Shown here: positions 1 to 10,409 of the stretch, piece after piece | How the letters are laid out: each line of letters begins with the position of its first letter | How positions within the stretch are numbered: position 1 is the first letter of the stretch | Origin: Candidatus Bathyarchaeota archaeon | Lineage (GTDB): Archaea > Thermoproteota > CALKCG01 > B24 > DRYS01 | Direction of reading: 5' to 3' | Assembly (NCBI GenBank): GCA_018396535.1 | Contig: JAGTQC010000001.1 | Span: 128,001 to 192,000, forward strand | Length of the DNA: 64,000 bases | Notes under the pieces: model-generated | What the model was told of the DNA's origin: nothing | Seen by the model: the letters and a program-made list of their open reading frames with translations, nothing else | Database searches by the model: none | Program-made: the position numbers and the translations under genes

Positions 1-987
1 AAGATCATAGCCGAGGAGGCTTCTCAAGGTAGAACCGATCTGGTTGGCGTATGCTGCGAGAAACCTTTAGCTAGGAATGTAGATGAAGCTGAAGAAATGG
101 TGCGTTTAATAGATAAAGCGGGTCTTCTACATGGCTATCTTGAAAACCAGGTTTTTGCACCTGCAGTAGTGAGAGGTAAGGAGGCTGTATGGAAGTATGG
201 AGCTAGATATACTGGCAGACCCTATCTATCCAGAGCTGCGGAGGAACATGGAGGGCCGCATTCAGCATGGTTCTGGGATCCTACTCTTTCGGGTGGAGGT
301 GTACTTCTAGATATGACATGTCACAGTCTTGAAGCTAATCGCTACCTACTACTAGATCCTGAGAAACCGAAGAATTCCCTAAAACCTGTAGTGGTTCAGT
401 CAATTATAGCTTCTCTTAAATGGAGTAGGGATCCATATACATCCATGCTAAAGGAGAGGTATAACGTAGATTATAAGAAGATTCCTGCAGAAGATTACGC
501 TCTAACTACCGTAGTGTACGAAGATGATGATGGAGTAATAGTGTTAGCAGAGGCTAGGACTTCATGGAGCTTCGTAGGTCCAGGCCTAAGGCTTACATTC
601 GAAGTTTTAGGGCCAGAGTATTCTATAACGATAAATAGCCTACAACAAGAGTTGAATGTATTCTTTAGTAGAAATGTGAAGATACCTCCGACTGAAGAGT
701 TTGTAGAAAAGCAGGCAGCTGAACAGGGACTTATGCCTATTATACCTAACGAAGCCGTAACCTATGGGTATCAGGATGAAGATAGACATATGGTTGAATG
801 CTTCCTGAAGGGAAAGGAGCCTAGAGAAGATTGGATGGATGGTTTACTGATAGTTCAATTAATGATGGCTGCATACCTGTCAGCTGAGAGAGGCAGGCGA
901 ATCGCATTTAACCCAGAAGAACTTAGAGGATATAGACCACAGGTGGCTAAAGGTGAATGGAAACCTAAATCTATAATCGAAGTCTAA
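1..987 (+). CDS. Gfo/Idh/MocA family oxidoreductase (5' end outside window)
   Basis: Frame is open from base 1 (KIIAEEASQG...VCCEKPLARN). EKP motif and GGGVLLDMTCH motif are present. Confidence 0.85.
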   Translation, partial: KIIAEEASQGRTDLVGVCCEKPLARNVDEAEEMVRLIDKAGLLHGYLENQVFAPAVVRGKEAVWKYGARYTGRPYLSRAAEEHGGPHSAWFWDPTLSGGGVLLDMTCHSLEANRYLLLDPEKPKNSLKPVVVQSIIASLKWSRDPYTSMLKERYNVDYKKIPAEDYALTTVVYEDDDGVIVLAEARTSWSFVGPGLRLTFEVLGPEYSITINSLQQELNVFFSRNVKIPPTEEFVEKQAAEQGLMPIIPNEAVTYGYQDEDRHMVECFLKGKEPREDWMDGLLIVQLMMAAYLSAERGRRIAFNPEELRGYRPQVAKGEWKPKSIIEV

Positions 988-1006
988 CCTTATGGGTTGA
1001 AAAGGG

Positions 1007-1018
1007 GAAAACCTTAAA
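1007..1018 (+). promoter_or_regulatory. BRE/TATA promoter of tRNA-Lys
   Basis: GAAAACCTTAAA lies ~30 nt upstream of the tRNA; the identical 12-mer precedes tRNA-Leu(TAA) at 62038. Confidence 0.65.
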
Positions 1019-1049
1019 GATAAGCTTAGATCTAGTAGAGGCTAGTAAG

Positions 1050-1127
1050 GGGCCCGTAGCTCAGCCAGGATAGAGTGCCGGGCTTTTAACCCGGTGGTCA
1101 CGGGTTCGAATCCCGTCGGGCCCGCCA
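1050..1127 (+). tRNA. tRNA-Lys(TTT)
   Basis: GGGCCCG/CGGGCCC acceptor stem, CCGGG-CTTTTAA-CCCGG anticodon arm, GGTTCGAATCC T-loop, encoded CCA. Confidence 0.97.
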
Positions 1128-1436
1128 ACCCTCTACTAAAGCATGACGAAAAGTAACATCTTACTCTAGTTTAGACCATAAATCCTTACTAACAGAATAC
1201 ATGAAGTAATGCATTTTAAAATAATGTAAGCTGTATATCGTACCTGAGGTTAGATATAGAGGCTGCATAAATTTTGAGGATTGGTATAGGTTATGATTAT
1301 AAAAGTTAAGTTGAAGGCGTAATCTAAAGACATAGAGGAAAACTAGAATTACGAGTTACAGTTCTCGCAAAATAACGTTTTCGAAATATCTATATTATAG
1401 CTACCAACTCTGACAAGCTTTGTAAACAGGTTGAAG

Positions 1437-2252
1437 TTATATAATAGATCCTGTATGACGCCGATTCCACTCTTCTATTCTATCCGGTGAGGAGTATATG
1501 TTGACGCGCCCTTCCCTAGCAAATCCTATAAGAGTTAAACCGAAGGTTTCAGCTATCTTTACACCCATACTTGTAGGAGCTGATAACGAGACTAGAATAG
1601 GTATTTTCATCTGAACAGCTTTTATAACTATTTCTGAAGAAAGTCTGCCAGTAGATGCAAGTAGTAGTTTACTAAAATCTAAATTCTTCATCGCAGCTTC
1701 ACCGATAGCTTTATCGATAGCGTTATGTCTACCTATATCTTCGGCAAATGCCACTACTCTACATTCTTCATCTATCAAGGTAGCTGCGTGAGTCCCACCC
1801 GAAACTTTAAAAATAGATGATTTAGAATTTAGTATATCAACTGCTTTAAGAATTGTTTCAATGCTAAATATAATTTTATTAAACCTTATTTTTTGTATAA
1901 CCTCTAATATATGTGACGGAATGCTTTCACTACTATAAAATATAGATATTAATGTTGGTTTTTTAAAGAAATTGAAAAATTTTTCTTCGGATAATTTAAC
2001 ATATGCATTCTTTTCAGAAAACCTAATTTCTAAAATATCTCTAATATCATCTATAATACCATTTGTTAATAGATAGCCTATTATAAGTTCTTTAATCTGC
2101 AAAGGAAGGCAATGGAATGTGACACAGAGATTATTGTTAATGTATAAATTTATGATAGCTTCGACAGCTATAACATCTTTTAAAACTTCAAAATCCATTT
2201 TAGTTTGATTAAATCTTAAAATCTCATGTTCAATAAGCATCTTCTCACCCAC
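1437..2252 (-). CDS. fdhD: FdhD family formate dehydrogenase accessory sulfurtransferase (AT-rich, possibly degenerate)
   Basis: GGTHAA, EDIGRHNAIDKAIG, STGRLSSEIV and SAPT motifs are present; the usual Cys motif is not visible. Confidence 0.88.
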   Translation of the reverse strand: MGEKMLIEHEILRFNQTKMDFEVLKDVIAVEAIINLYINNNLCVTFHCLPLQIKELIIGYLLTNGIIDDIRDILEIRFSEKNAYVKLSEEKFFNFFKKPTLISIFYSSESIPSHILEVIQKIRFNKIIFSIETILKAVDILNSKSSIFKVSGGTHAATLIDEECRVVAFAEDIGRHNAIDKAIGEAAMKNLDFSKLLLASTGRLSSEIVIKAVQMKIPILVSLSAPTSMGVKIAETFGLTLIGFAREGRVNIYSSPDRIEEWNRRHTGSII

Positions 2253-2746
2253 TCCTAGGGTCTACGACTGAATACTCTCTTCAATCCAAAGAAGGCCTTA
2301 ATAAATTTTTAACTATCACTATCAGTGAATCTACAATATCATATATAGTTTATGTAATAGAAGTGGATGTGTAAACTTTAAAATAATGTTAGCTACATTT
2401 CTATCAGATAATACTTTATTACTCTGAATTTTATCAACGATAATTAATAACTATTGCTTTAAACAACCAATGTTTATTGCAGATGATCAGCTGGCTATAA
2501 TTTACATCAACTGACTAGTAGAATGTTACAAGCAAGTTGAAGATTAGTTGAGATTGCTAGTTAAGCTAGCCTCTACCTTAGATACGTACAGGGGTAGACT
2601 AATGTGTAGACTTTATTTTTGATGAGAAAGAATTGTAGCCCATACTCTATATCGATGAATGCTCTACTAGTAATCCTTTGTCAATACGTTGGCGATAAGA
2701 ATTTAAGAACGATAGATACTTACTTCAGAGATTTTGGGATGAAACA

Positions 2747-3676
2747 ATGAGTCTCCAATCTAGTCTGATAGATAAGATTCAAAAGTTAAAGCGTGAAAAG
2801 AGGGCAATTATACTAGCTCATAACTATCAACGTCCAGAAGTTCAAGATATCGCGGATTTTGTCGGAGATAGCTTAGAATTATCCCTATATGCGATGCAGA
2901 CAGATGCCAGAACGATAGTTTTCTGCGGTGTAAACTTCATGGCTGAAACAGCTGTGATCCTAAACCCAGATAAGAAGGTTCTCATACCGGATATCAATGC
3001 TTTATGCCCAATGGCTTCAATGCTACCAGCAGATCTAATGAAGCTGTATAGGCGTAAGTATCCTAAAGCGAAAATCGTTCTATACATAAATAGTCTAGCC
3101 GAAGCTAAAGCCTACTCTGACGCGATATGTACATCGGCTAACGCAACTGAAGTAGTAGATCAAATAGATTCTGAAGTAGTCCTATTCGGACCTGATATAA
3201 ACTTGGCAAGATATGTACAGATGAAATCTAGTAAGAAGATAATACCGATACCACAATATGGCTTCTGTCCAGTACATAAATTATTCAGTAAGAGAGAGGT
3301 TTTACGTTTAAAACAGATTTATCCAGATGCCGAGGTTATGGCGCATCCTGAGTGTGATCCTGAAGTTTGGGAAGTTGCGGATTTCATCGGTAGCACATCT
3401 AAGATGTATGCAAGAACACTAACGTCTAGAGCGAATAAATTTATCGTAGCTACTGAAATAGGAATATTGCATAGATTGAAGAAGGGTAGAAATGATGCGA
3501 CATTCATACCAGCCTACGAAGAAGCTATCTGCGTAAACATGAGACTTCACACTCTCGAGAAAGTTTATCTTTGTCTAAAAGATGAAAAATATGAGGTAAA
3601 AATTCCAGAAAAAATAGTAGCAAAAGGACGAGAACCAATAGAATTTATGTTTAAGATCCAAAAATACAAAAAATAA
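2747..3676 (+). CDS. nadA: quinolinate synthase
   Basis: ILAHNYQ, FCGVxFMAE, CPMA, CPVH, AHPEC and CVNM motifs. Confidence 0.95.
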   Translation: MSLQSSLIDKIQKLKREKRAIILAHNYQRPEVQDIADFVGDSLELSLYAMQTDARTIVFCGVNFMAETAVILNPDKKVLIPDINALCPMASMLPADLMKLYRRKYPKAKIVLYINSLAEAKAYSDAICTSANATEVVDQIDSEVVLFGPDINLARYVQMKSSKKIIPIPQYGFCPVHKLFSKREVLRLKQIYPDAEVMAHPECDPEVWEVADFIGSTSKMYARTLTSRANKFIVATEIGILHRLKKGRNDATFIPAYEEAICVNMRLHTLEKVYLCLKDEKYEVKIPEKIVAKGREPIEFMFKIQKYKK

Positions 3677-3779
3677 TAAATTTATTGTACTTTGATGATG
3701 ATTATTCCAAATATATTCTAACTTACTATCTATACGTTTTAACTATAAGTAATTATAATTTTTACATTGTTATAATTTT

Positions 3780-4598
3780 TTATTTATCATTAATTGTTGA
3801 TTTCTTGAGGATCCTAACGTATTTTTTAAGCTTTGACAGCATTTCTATATCGTTATTAATATTACCTTCTATAATTTGAATTATTTTACTTCCAACTATC
3901 GCACCATCAGCTCCGTTATCGATGATGGCTCTAATATGGGATGGCTTAGATATCCCAAAACCTACGGCTATGGGTATTCTTCCGTTGGATATCGAGGAGG
4001 CTCTTCTTATAAAATTGATACTCTCTTTCCTAAGCCTTTCTCTAGCACCTGTAACGCCGAATACTGAAACTAGATAGGTGAAACCTGAAGAGTATTCGAT
4101 TATCTTCTCTAGACGTTCATCCGATGTAGATGGTGCAGCGAGGAATATGGTAGCTACATCGTATCTATCAGCTACGGCTCTATACTCCGAGGACTCCTCG
4201 ATAGGCATATCTGGGACGATTACACCATCGATTTTATTCTCTCTAACATTATTAAAGAAATTTTCTAATCCCATCCTGAATATTATGTTATAATATGTTA
4301 ATATAATGATCGGTATATTTGGATGCATTATATGAATTCTTCTAGCTAAATCTAGAACCTTAGATGGCCTTACACCAGCTTTTAATGCTCTTAAAGTAGC
4401 ACGTTGGATAACTGGTCCATCAACTATCGGATCTGAAAACGGTATGCCAAGCTCGAGCATATCGATTCCACCTTCGATTAGTGCATGGACTATCGCTAAT
4501 GTATAGCTTAATGTTGGATCCCCACATATGATAAATCCTATTAACGCGCCTTCACTACGCTTCTTCAAATTCCTAAATTTTTCTTCTATAAGCCTCAT
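3780..4598 (-). CDS. trpA: tryptophan synthase alpha chain
   Basis: [17 protein letters not shown], GVTGAR and VGFGIS motifs; last gene of the trp operon. Confidence 0.95.
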   Translation of the reverse strand: MRLIEEKFRNLKKRSEGALIGFIICGDPTLSYTLAIVHALIEGGIDMLELGIPFSDPIVDGPVIQRATLRALKAGVRPSKVLDLARRIHIMHPNIPIIILTYYNIIFRMGLENFFNNVRENKIDGVIVPDMPIEESSEYRAVADRYDVATIFLAAPSTSDERLEKIIEYSSGFTYLVSVFGVTGARERLRKESINFIRRASSISNGRIPIAVGFGISKPSHIRAIIDNGADGAIVGSKIIQIIEGNINNDIEMLSKLKKYVRILKKSTINDK

Positions 4599-5794
4599 AT
4601 CCTAACACCTAGACATTTTGCAATAACTTCAACATCCTTATCTCCTCTCCCAGATAACGTGACAACTATTATATCATCTCTACTCATATTTGGTGCAATC
4701 TTCATAGCGTAAGCCAGTGCATGCGAAGGCTCTAAAGCTGGTATTATACCCTCACTCCTCGATAACTCAAGGAAGGCGTTTACAGCATCCATATCTGTTA
4801 CAGCCACATACTTAGCACGCCCTATTTCCTTTAGGAACGCATGTTCAGGACCAACACCGGGATAGTCTAGACCAGCTGATATACTATGTGTTGTCATTAT
4901 TTGTCCATCATCATCCTGCAAGATATACGTTCTCATACCATGGAAGATACCTTCTGAGCCAGCGCAGAGAGAGGCTGCATGCCTTCCAGTCTCTATACCC
5001 TCGCCTGCGGCTTCAACACCGTACATCTCAACATCTGGATCGTCTAAGAATGGGTAAAACGCGCCTATAGCATTGCTGCCACCGCCAACACAGGCGATTA
5101 ATACATCCGGTAGCCTACCCTCCTTCTCTAGGATCTGCTTCCTAATCTCACGCCCTATAATGCTCTGAAAATCTCGGACGATCATTGGGTAGGGATGTGG
5201 CCCGACAACAGAACCTATGAGATAGTATGTTGTCTGAACATTAGTAACCCAATCTCTAAGGGCTTCATTAATCGCATCTTTAAGGGTCTTTGAACCTAAT
5301 TCAACTGGATGAACCTTAGCGCCGAGAAGCTCCATCCTAAAAACGTTCAATCTTTGCCGCTTCATATCCTCAGAACCCATGTATATCTCTGCCCTTAAAC
5401 CTAAAGCAGCACAGGCCATAGCCGTAGCAACACCATGCTGGCCTGCACCTGTTTCAGCTATCACCCTCTTTTTACCCATCCTCTTAGCTAAGAGGGTTTG
5501 CCCAATAGTATTATTTATTTTGTGTGCACCACCATGAGCTAAGTCCTCACGTTTTAGGTAAATCTTAGCCCCACCAAGCTTCTTGGTTAGGTTCTTCGCA
5601 TAGTATAGTGGTGTTGGTCTTCCAGCGAACTCTGAAAGATAATATCTTAATTGCCTCTGAAATCTCTTATCCTCCTTTGCTAATAAATATGCTTCTTCAA
5701 GCTCCATGAGAGCCGCTATGAGGGTTTCGGGAACATATCTACCTCCAAATCTACCATACTTCCCATCTATCGGATACTCGCTTAGCTTAGGCAT
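4595..5794 (-). CDS. trpB: tryptophan synthase beta chain (TrpB1 type)
   Basis: [16 protein letters not shown] (PLP Lys), [22 protein letters not shown] and SGRGDKD motifs. Confidence 0.97.
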   Translation of the reverse strand: MPKLSEYPIDGKYGRFGGRYVPETLIAALMELEEAYLLAKEDKRFQRQLRYYLSEFAGRPTPLYYAKNLTKKLGGAKIYLKREDLAHGGAHKINNTIGQTLLAKRMGKKRVIAETGAGQHGVATAMACAALGLRAEIYMGSEDMKRQRLNVFRMELLGAKVHPVELGSKTLKDAINEALRDWVTNVQTTYYLIGSVVGPHPYPMIVRDFQSIIGREIRKQILEKEGRLPDVLIACVGGGSNAIGAFYPFLDDPDVEMYGVEAAGEGIETGRHAASLCAGSEGIFHGMRTYILQDDDGQIMTTHSISAGLDYPGVGPEHAFLKEIGRAKYVAVTDMDAVNAFLELSRSEGIIPALEPSHALAYAMKIAPNMSRDDIIVVTLSGRGDKDVEVIAKCLGVRI

Positions 5795-5798
5795 TTCC

Positions 5799-6310
5799 TC
5801 AACCCTCTCTTAACTCTAATAATGAGGGAATACTTTCATATCTAGTTCTGAGATAAAGCTTAACGCTATTAGAGGTAATGAGTGTAGATAGTTCGACCGC
5901 AAATATCGTGCTTCCGACATTCTCAAGCCTTAGACCGTCAGCCATTATAACCAACTTAGGATGCAACATACCTCCAACCCCTCTACATATAGATCACTCA
6001 TCGACAAGCTATCTATGAAACATAGAGTATCACCTTTCAAAGTAGTATATGGATCAGCCTCTATAGCTTCTATAACATGTACTCTTCTAAAGATCTCATC
6101 CATATCTTCGAATAATTCCCTGCGAATTTCGAGAATTTGTTCAAGGCTTTTGAAAGCTGTGACCATAACCCCTATGACAAATAGTAAGACAGCTTTCAGG
6201 AACTTGAAGATAACGAAACTGAATAAGTCTATCCCAGCCTTAACCGAGATGCCTACATCCTCCAGCTTAGTTATCTCATGTATCTCAACTCTAACTTTCC
6301 TCATAGGCAT
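5799..6310 (-). pseudogene. trpF: degenerate phosphoribosylanthranilate isomerase
   Basis: Sits in the trpF slot between trpC and trpB. N-terminus VRVEIHEITKLED..AGIDLFSFV resembles VKICGIT..AGADAxGFV. A second frame (5960-5799) gives PKLVIMADGLRLENV, resembling the PLILAGGLxPENV motif. Confidence 0.8.
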
Positions 6311-7139
6311 TCACCAAACTAGCAACGAATTCTCTGATATCTACAGCAGACATAATGGCTGTACCAACTAGGAAAGCATCTACACCACATCTCTTCAAAA
6401 AGCGTACATCATCCGGCGATCTTATACCACTCTCACTAATGATCGGCCTATTTCCTATCTCAACTCTACTAAACTTCTCTAGAACATTTTTTGTCGTATT
6501 TATGTCGACTTTAAATGATCTAAGATCCCTATTATTTATTCCAATCATATCTGCGTCTGTCGATAAAGCTGACCTAAATTCTTCTATATCATGAACTTCG
6601 AGTAGAACTTCAAGCTTTAGTTCATGGGAAAAGTTTATCATACTTTCAATATCTATCTCGCAGTATCCCCGTTTAAAGAGCCCCATTATTAGGAGAACTG
6701 CGTCAGCGCCTAAAATGTATGCAGCATCTATCTGGCATCTGCTTAGGATTATATCCTTCATGAGTATGGGAACATTAACTAGTGAACTGACCTTAGCTAA
6801 GGTTTCAAGCGAACCCGAGAAATATCTCGGCTCAGTTAAGATAGATATTCCTACAACCCCCGCTTCAACCATATCCCTAGCTATACCCTCAACATCTCTA
6901 TCAGTTCTCAAAAACCCGGATGATGGAGATGAAAACTTAATCTCCGATATTATAGCAGCCCTCCTACAACTTAGTATAGCTTCCTTCAGACTTTTTCTAG
7001 GACGTTGGATAAGCTTGGTTACGGAGCTGACATTATAATATCCGCTTTCTATATTCTCTACGGCTGCTTCTGCTAGAAGATCGAGGAAGTCACCCATACT
7101 TCTTCTCAAGCTCCTCAAGTCTCGAGAAGTCACCGCCAT
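6291..7139 (-). CDS. trpC: indole-3-glycerol phosphate synthase
   Basis: ISEIKFSSPS, SILTEP, LMKD, GINNRDL and SESGI motifs; true start may be the ATG near 7097. Confidence 0.93.
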   Translation of the reverse strand: MAVTSRDLRSLRRSMGDFLDLLAEAAVENIESGYYNVSSVTKLIQRPRKSLKEAILSCRRAAIISEIKFSSPSSGFLRTDRDVEGIARDMVEAGVVGISILTEPRYFSGSLETLAKVSSLVNVPILMKDIILSRCQIDAAYILGADAVLLIMGLFKRGYCEIDIESMINFSHELKLEVLLEVHDIEEFRSALSTDADMIGINNRDLRSFKVDINTTKNVLEKFSRVEIGNRPIISESGIRSPDDVRFLKRCGVDAFLVGTAIMSAVDIREFVASLVNAYEES

Positions 7140-8166
7140 ATCTCTTAATCAACTCTCTAAGCTTCTTATACGCAGACCCGCTCTCGATAGACTCAAACGC
7201 AAGATCTACACCATGTTTAAAGTCATCAGCCTTACCTCCAATGATCAGTGCTGCTGATGAATTTATGAGGACCATCCTGAGCTTCGGATCATCGATGTCA
7301 GGGCTACAGTATAGTAGTCTAAACGAGTCCTCGACATACTCTTCAGGGTTATATACAACTATGTCAAGCAATTCAGCAGGCTTCATACCAAAGTCTTTAG
7401 GAGTGACTTCAAGAAACTCTACACTATCATACTTTAGCCAAGCTATGGATGTTCTACCAATAATCGATATCTCATCAAGCCCATCAACTCCATGAACCAC
7501 CATAACCTCCTCAGAGCCAAGCTTCTTCAACACAAGCACAATAGGTTTAAGCCAAGCTTTATCGAAGACACCTAGGAGCTGCGCTTTAACCCCAGCCGGA
7601 TTTGTTAGAGGCCCGAGGATATTGAAGATTGTTCTTATACCGATCTCCCTACGAGGTCCAGCAGCATACTTCATCGCAGGATGGAATTTTGGCGCGAATA
7701 TGAAACCTATACCTAGATCCTCTATAGCCCTTTCAACAATCTCTGGCTCGACATTCAGGTTTAATCCAAGGCGCTCTAGAAGGTCAGCGCTTCCCATCTT
7801 ACTAGTCACGGATCTATTTCCATGCTTAGCTACAGGTACCCCGGCACCAGCAGCGACGAATGCTGCTAAAGTACTTACATTGAAAGTCCTTATCTTATCT
7901 CCACCTGTTCCACATGTATCTATTATCCGCCCCTTAATGCTTGGCCTGATAGCATTGCAGAATTCCCTCATAACTGAAGCAAAGGCTGTTATCTCCTCCA
8001 CAGTTTCACCTTTCATCCTCAAAGCAGTTAGGATAGCTGCTATCTGAGCTGGTGTGGCATTACCGCTCATTATATCCCTCACTACTTCACATGCTTCTTG
8101 ATATGTTAGATTCTGACCTTCAACAACCTTCTTTAAAGCGTCAACTATCATAGCTCCTTCACCCAT
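7090..8166 (-). CDS. trpD: anthranilate phosphoribosyltransferase
   Basis: DTCGTGGD, FNVST, KHGNRSVTS and GLDEIS motifs. Confidence 0.95.
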   Translation of the reverse strand: MGEGAMIVDALKKVVEGQNLTYQEACEVVRDIMSGNATPAQIAAILTALRMKGETVEEITAFASVMREFCNAIRPSIKGRIIDTCGTGGDKIRTFNVSTLAAFVAAGAGVPVAKHGNRSVTSKMGSADLLERLGLNLNVEPEIVERAIEDLGIGFIFAPKFHPAMKYAAGPRREIGIRTIFNILGPLTNPAGVKAQLLGVFDKAWLKPIVLVLKKLGSEEVMVVHGVDGLDEISIIGRTSIAWLKYDSVEFLEVTPKDFGMKPAELLDIVVYNPEEYVEDSFRLLYCSPDIDDPKLRMVLINSSAALIIGGKADDFKHGVDLAFESIESGSAYKKLRELIKRYGGDFSRLEELEKKYG

Positions 8167-8738
8167 TTTAGAAAATTTCCAATAATCTTCCTACCCTCGT
8201 TAGTCAGTATGGATTCTGGATGGAACTGTATCCCTTCTATCGGATAGGCCCTGTGCCTAACTCCCATAATCTCGCCATCCTCAATGGATCTCGCGGTAAT
8301 CTCGAAACATGGTGGCAAGGAAGATTCATCGCAGACAAGTGAGTTGTATCTTGCAGCCCTAAATGGGTTTTCCACATTTTTGAAAATCCCTCTTCCATCA
8401 TGCAGTATTAGACTTACTTTCCCATGCATAATCCTCTTAGCCGGAATAGTCCTTCCGCCGAAGACACATACTATTCCTTGATGACCCATACCTATACCTA
8501 AAGTTGGCACCTTAATACTCAAGTTCAACAGAATCTCTGGACATACTCCAAAATACCTTCTATCAGTCGGTTTTTCTGGTCCAGAAGAAATAATTATCCT
8601 ATCTGGGTTAAGCCCCATTACCTCCTTCAAAGTTATCTTGTTAATTCTCCGCACTAATGGTTCGTAGCCTAGCTCGCCAACATAATGGGCTAGAATATAT
8701 ACGAATGAATCATAATTGTCTATTATAAGAACCTTCAT
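8148..8738 (-). CDS. trpG: anthranilate synthase component II, catalytic Cys absent
   Basis: IIDNYDSF and QFHPES are present; the nucleophile motif reads LGIGMGHQ instead of LGxCLGHQ. Confidence 0.9.
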   Translation of the reverse strand: MKVLIIDNYDSFVYILAHYVGELGYEPLVRRINKITLKEVMGLNPDRIIISSGPEKPTDRRYFGVCPEILLNLSIKVPTLGIGMGHQGIVCVFGGRTIPAKRIMHGKVSLILHDGRGIFKNVENPFRAARYNSLVCDESSLPPCFEITARSIEDGEIMGVRHRAYPIEGIQFHPESILTNEGRKIIGNFLKWVKEL

Positions 8739-8754
8739 CTAAACCCCCTTCTAA

Positions 8755-10080
8755 CTAATGATCAGACATCTCCAGAGCCTTCATTAGGGCTTTAGCTTTA
8801 AACTCTGTTTCAAACCATTCTCCCTCAGCCGTGGAGTCAGCAACTATACCGCTGCCGACCTGTATATGCAACCTGTTATCCTTAGCGAATAAAGTGCGTA
8901 TAGTTATCGCAAAGTCCATATTACCATTATACGAGAAGTATCCTACAGCACCAGCGTAGGGCCCCCTGCGAGTATATTCAAGCTCCTCAATAACCTCCAT
9001 AGCTCTAACCTTTGGTGCACCAGATACTGTACCAGCTGGAAAGATTGCTTTAAATACGTCGAAGCGATCACAATCTTCTCTAAGTTTCCCAATAACCTTA
9101 GAAACCATATGCTGTACATGACTGTATCTATAAATTTTCATAAATTCTGCAACTTTTACGCTACCAAATATTGAAACTTTACTTAGATCATTTCTAGCAA
9201 GATCTAAAAGCATTATGTGCTCAGACACCTCCTTTGGATCTTTAAGCAGTTCATTCTCTAAGATACGATCTACTTCTGGATCACCAGTTATGGGTCTTGT
9301 TCCAGCTATAGGGTAGGATTCGATTAAACGATCTTCTACTCTAACGAGAGTTTCCGGGCTTGAGCCTATTATGAAGCGATTTCCCATTTTGAGAAAATAC
9401 ATGTATGGTGAGGGATTTATCATTCTTAAATTTAGATAGAATCTTTGGAAATCACCCTTAAAGTTTGAACTATATCTTTTAGATAAGACGACTTGAAATA
9501 CGTCTCCTGAGGAAATATACTCCTTAGCTTTATCGATAAGCCTGTTATACTGATCTCTCTCGATATTTAGTCTAGGCGTTGAAAACGATAAGCTAACTGT
9601 ATCTACTTCTCTATTAAGTCTTTTTACAATTTCACTATACCGATCATTACCTCTATAGAAGTAGAATGCTTCACCAGTCATATGATCGACAATTATGCCA
9701 TCATCGTACACGCCCATCTCGATATCTGGAAAACCTAGATCATCTATAGAAATATTCGGCAAATTCTCCCAGTAACGTACGGCATCATAAGAGATATATC
9801 CAACCGCTCCACCGATATATCTAAAGTATCCATTACAGGGCTGATATGAATCAATCAAAGACTTAATAACGTACATTGGATCACCAACCTTTAGACAATC
9901 TCCAGCAATACGTGCAACCCCATCCTTAATAGTTAACGTTAACTCTGGTTCAAAGCCTATGAAGGAGAATTTACCCCTATCACCATCAATGGACTCAAAG
10001 AGGAATACATAATCGTAGTCCTCGTAAAGCTTAAAGAAGATATCTGACGGTTGCATCCGTGGAAGCTTCTTAAAGCTCAC
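8755..10080 (-). CDS. trpE: anthranilate synthase component I
   Basis: FLFES, NPSPY, PIAGT, EHxMLxDLARND and FPAGTVSGAPK motifs; start is uncertain (see findings). Confidence 0.93.
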   Translation of the reverse strand: MSFKKLPRMQPSDIFFKLYEDYDYVFLFESIDGDRGKFSFIGFEPELTLTIKDGVARIAGDCLKVGDPMYVIKSLIDSYQPCNGYFRYIGGAVGYISYDAVRYWENLPNISIDDLGFPDIEMGVYDDGIIVDHMTGEAFYFYRGNDRYSEIVKRLNREVDTVSLSFSTPRLNIERDQYNRLIDKAKEYISSGDVFQVVLSKRYSSNFKGDFQRFYLNLRMINPSPYMYFLKMGNRFIIGSSPETLVRVEDRLIESYPIAGTRPITGDPEVDRILENELLKDPKEVSEHIMLLDLARNDLSKVSIFGSVKVAEFMKIYRYSHVQHMVSKVIGKLREDCDRFDVFKAIFPAGTVSGAPKVRAMEVIEELEYTRRGPYAGAVGYFSYNGNMDFAITIRTLFAKDNRLHIQVGSGIVADSTAEGEWFETEFKAKALMKALEMSDH

Positions 10081-10099
10081 AGGTTCATAATCCCTACGT

Positions 10100-10135
10100 C
10101 TAAGCTTTCTTAGAACACCAAACTAGATCACCCAT
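10100..10135 (-). other. short leader ORF MGDLVWCSKKA* (or frameshifted trpE 5' end)
   Basis: ATG at 10135 with a GGTGA SD at 10141-10145; a +1 shift at GTT TGG joins it to the trpE frame. Confidence 0.5.
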
Positions 10136-10179
10136 ACACATCACCATTCATAACAGCTGAAGATGTGATACAAAGAACT

Positions 10180-10216
10180 ATTTAAATCTTCTTTGAACAA
10201 AAATGAACAATGAACA
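10180..10216 (-). promoter_or_regulatory. trp operon promoter with three TGAACA repeats
   Basis: TTTAAATA TATA box on the minus strand at 10180-10187; TGAACA at 10194, 10204 and 10211. Confidence 0.5.
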
Positions 10217-10409
10217 TACATCCATAAACAATACCATCCATCACAGAACACCACATAGATAATAACGGTTACCCCTCTACGAAACATATCGATTATCAGT
10301 CTTAAAGATTAATCCATAATAGTATCTCATTATCAGGTGATAATTATCCTCCCATATTTGAAAATGATACAATATTTTACTCAAAGGATACGCTTTCAAA
10401 AATAGTGGG

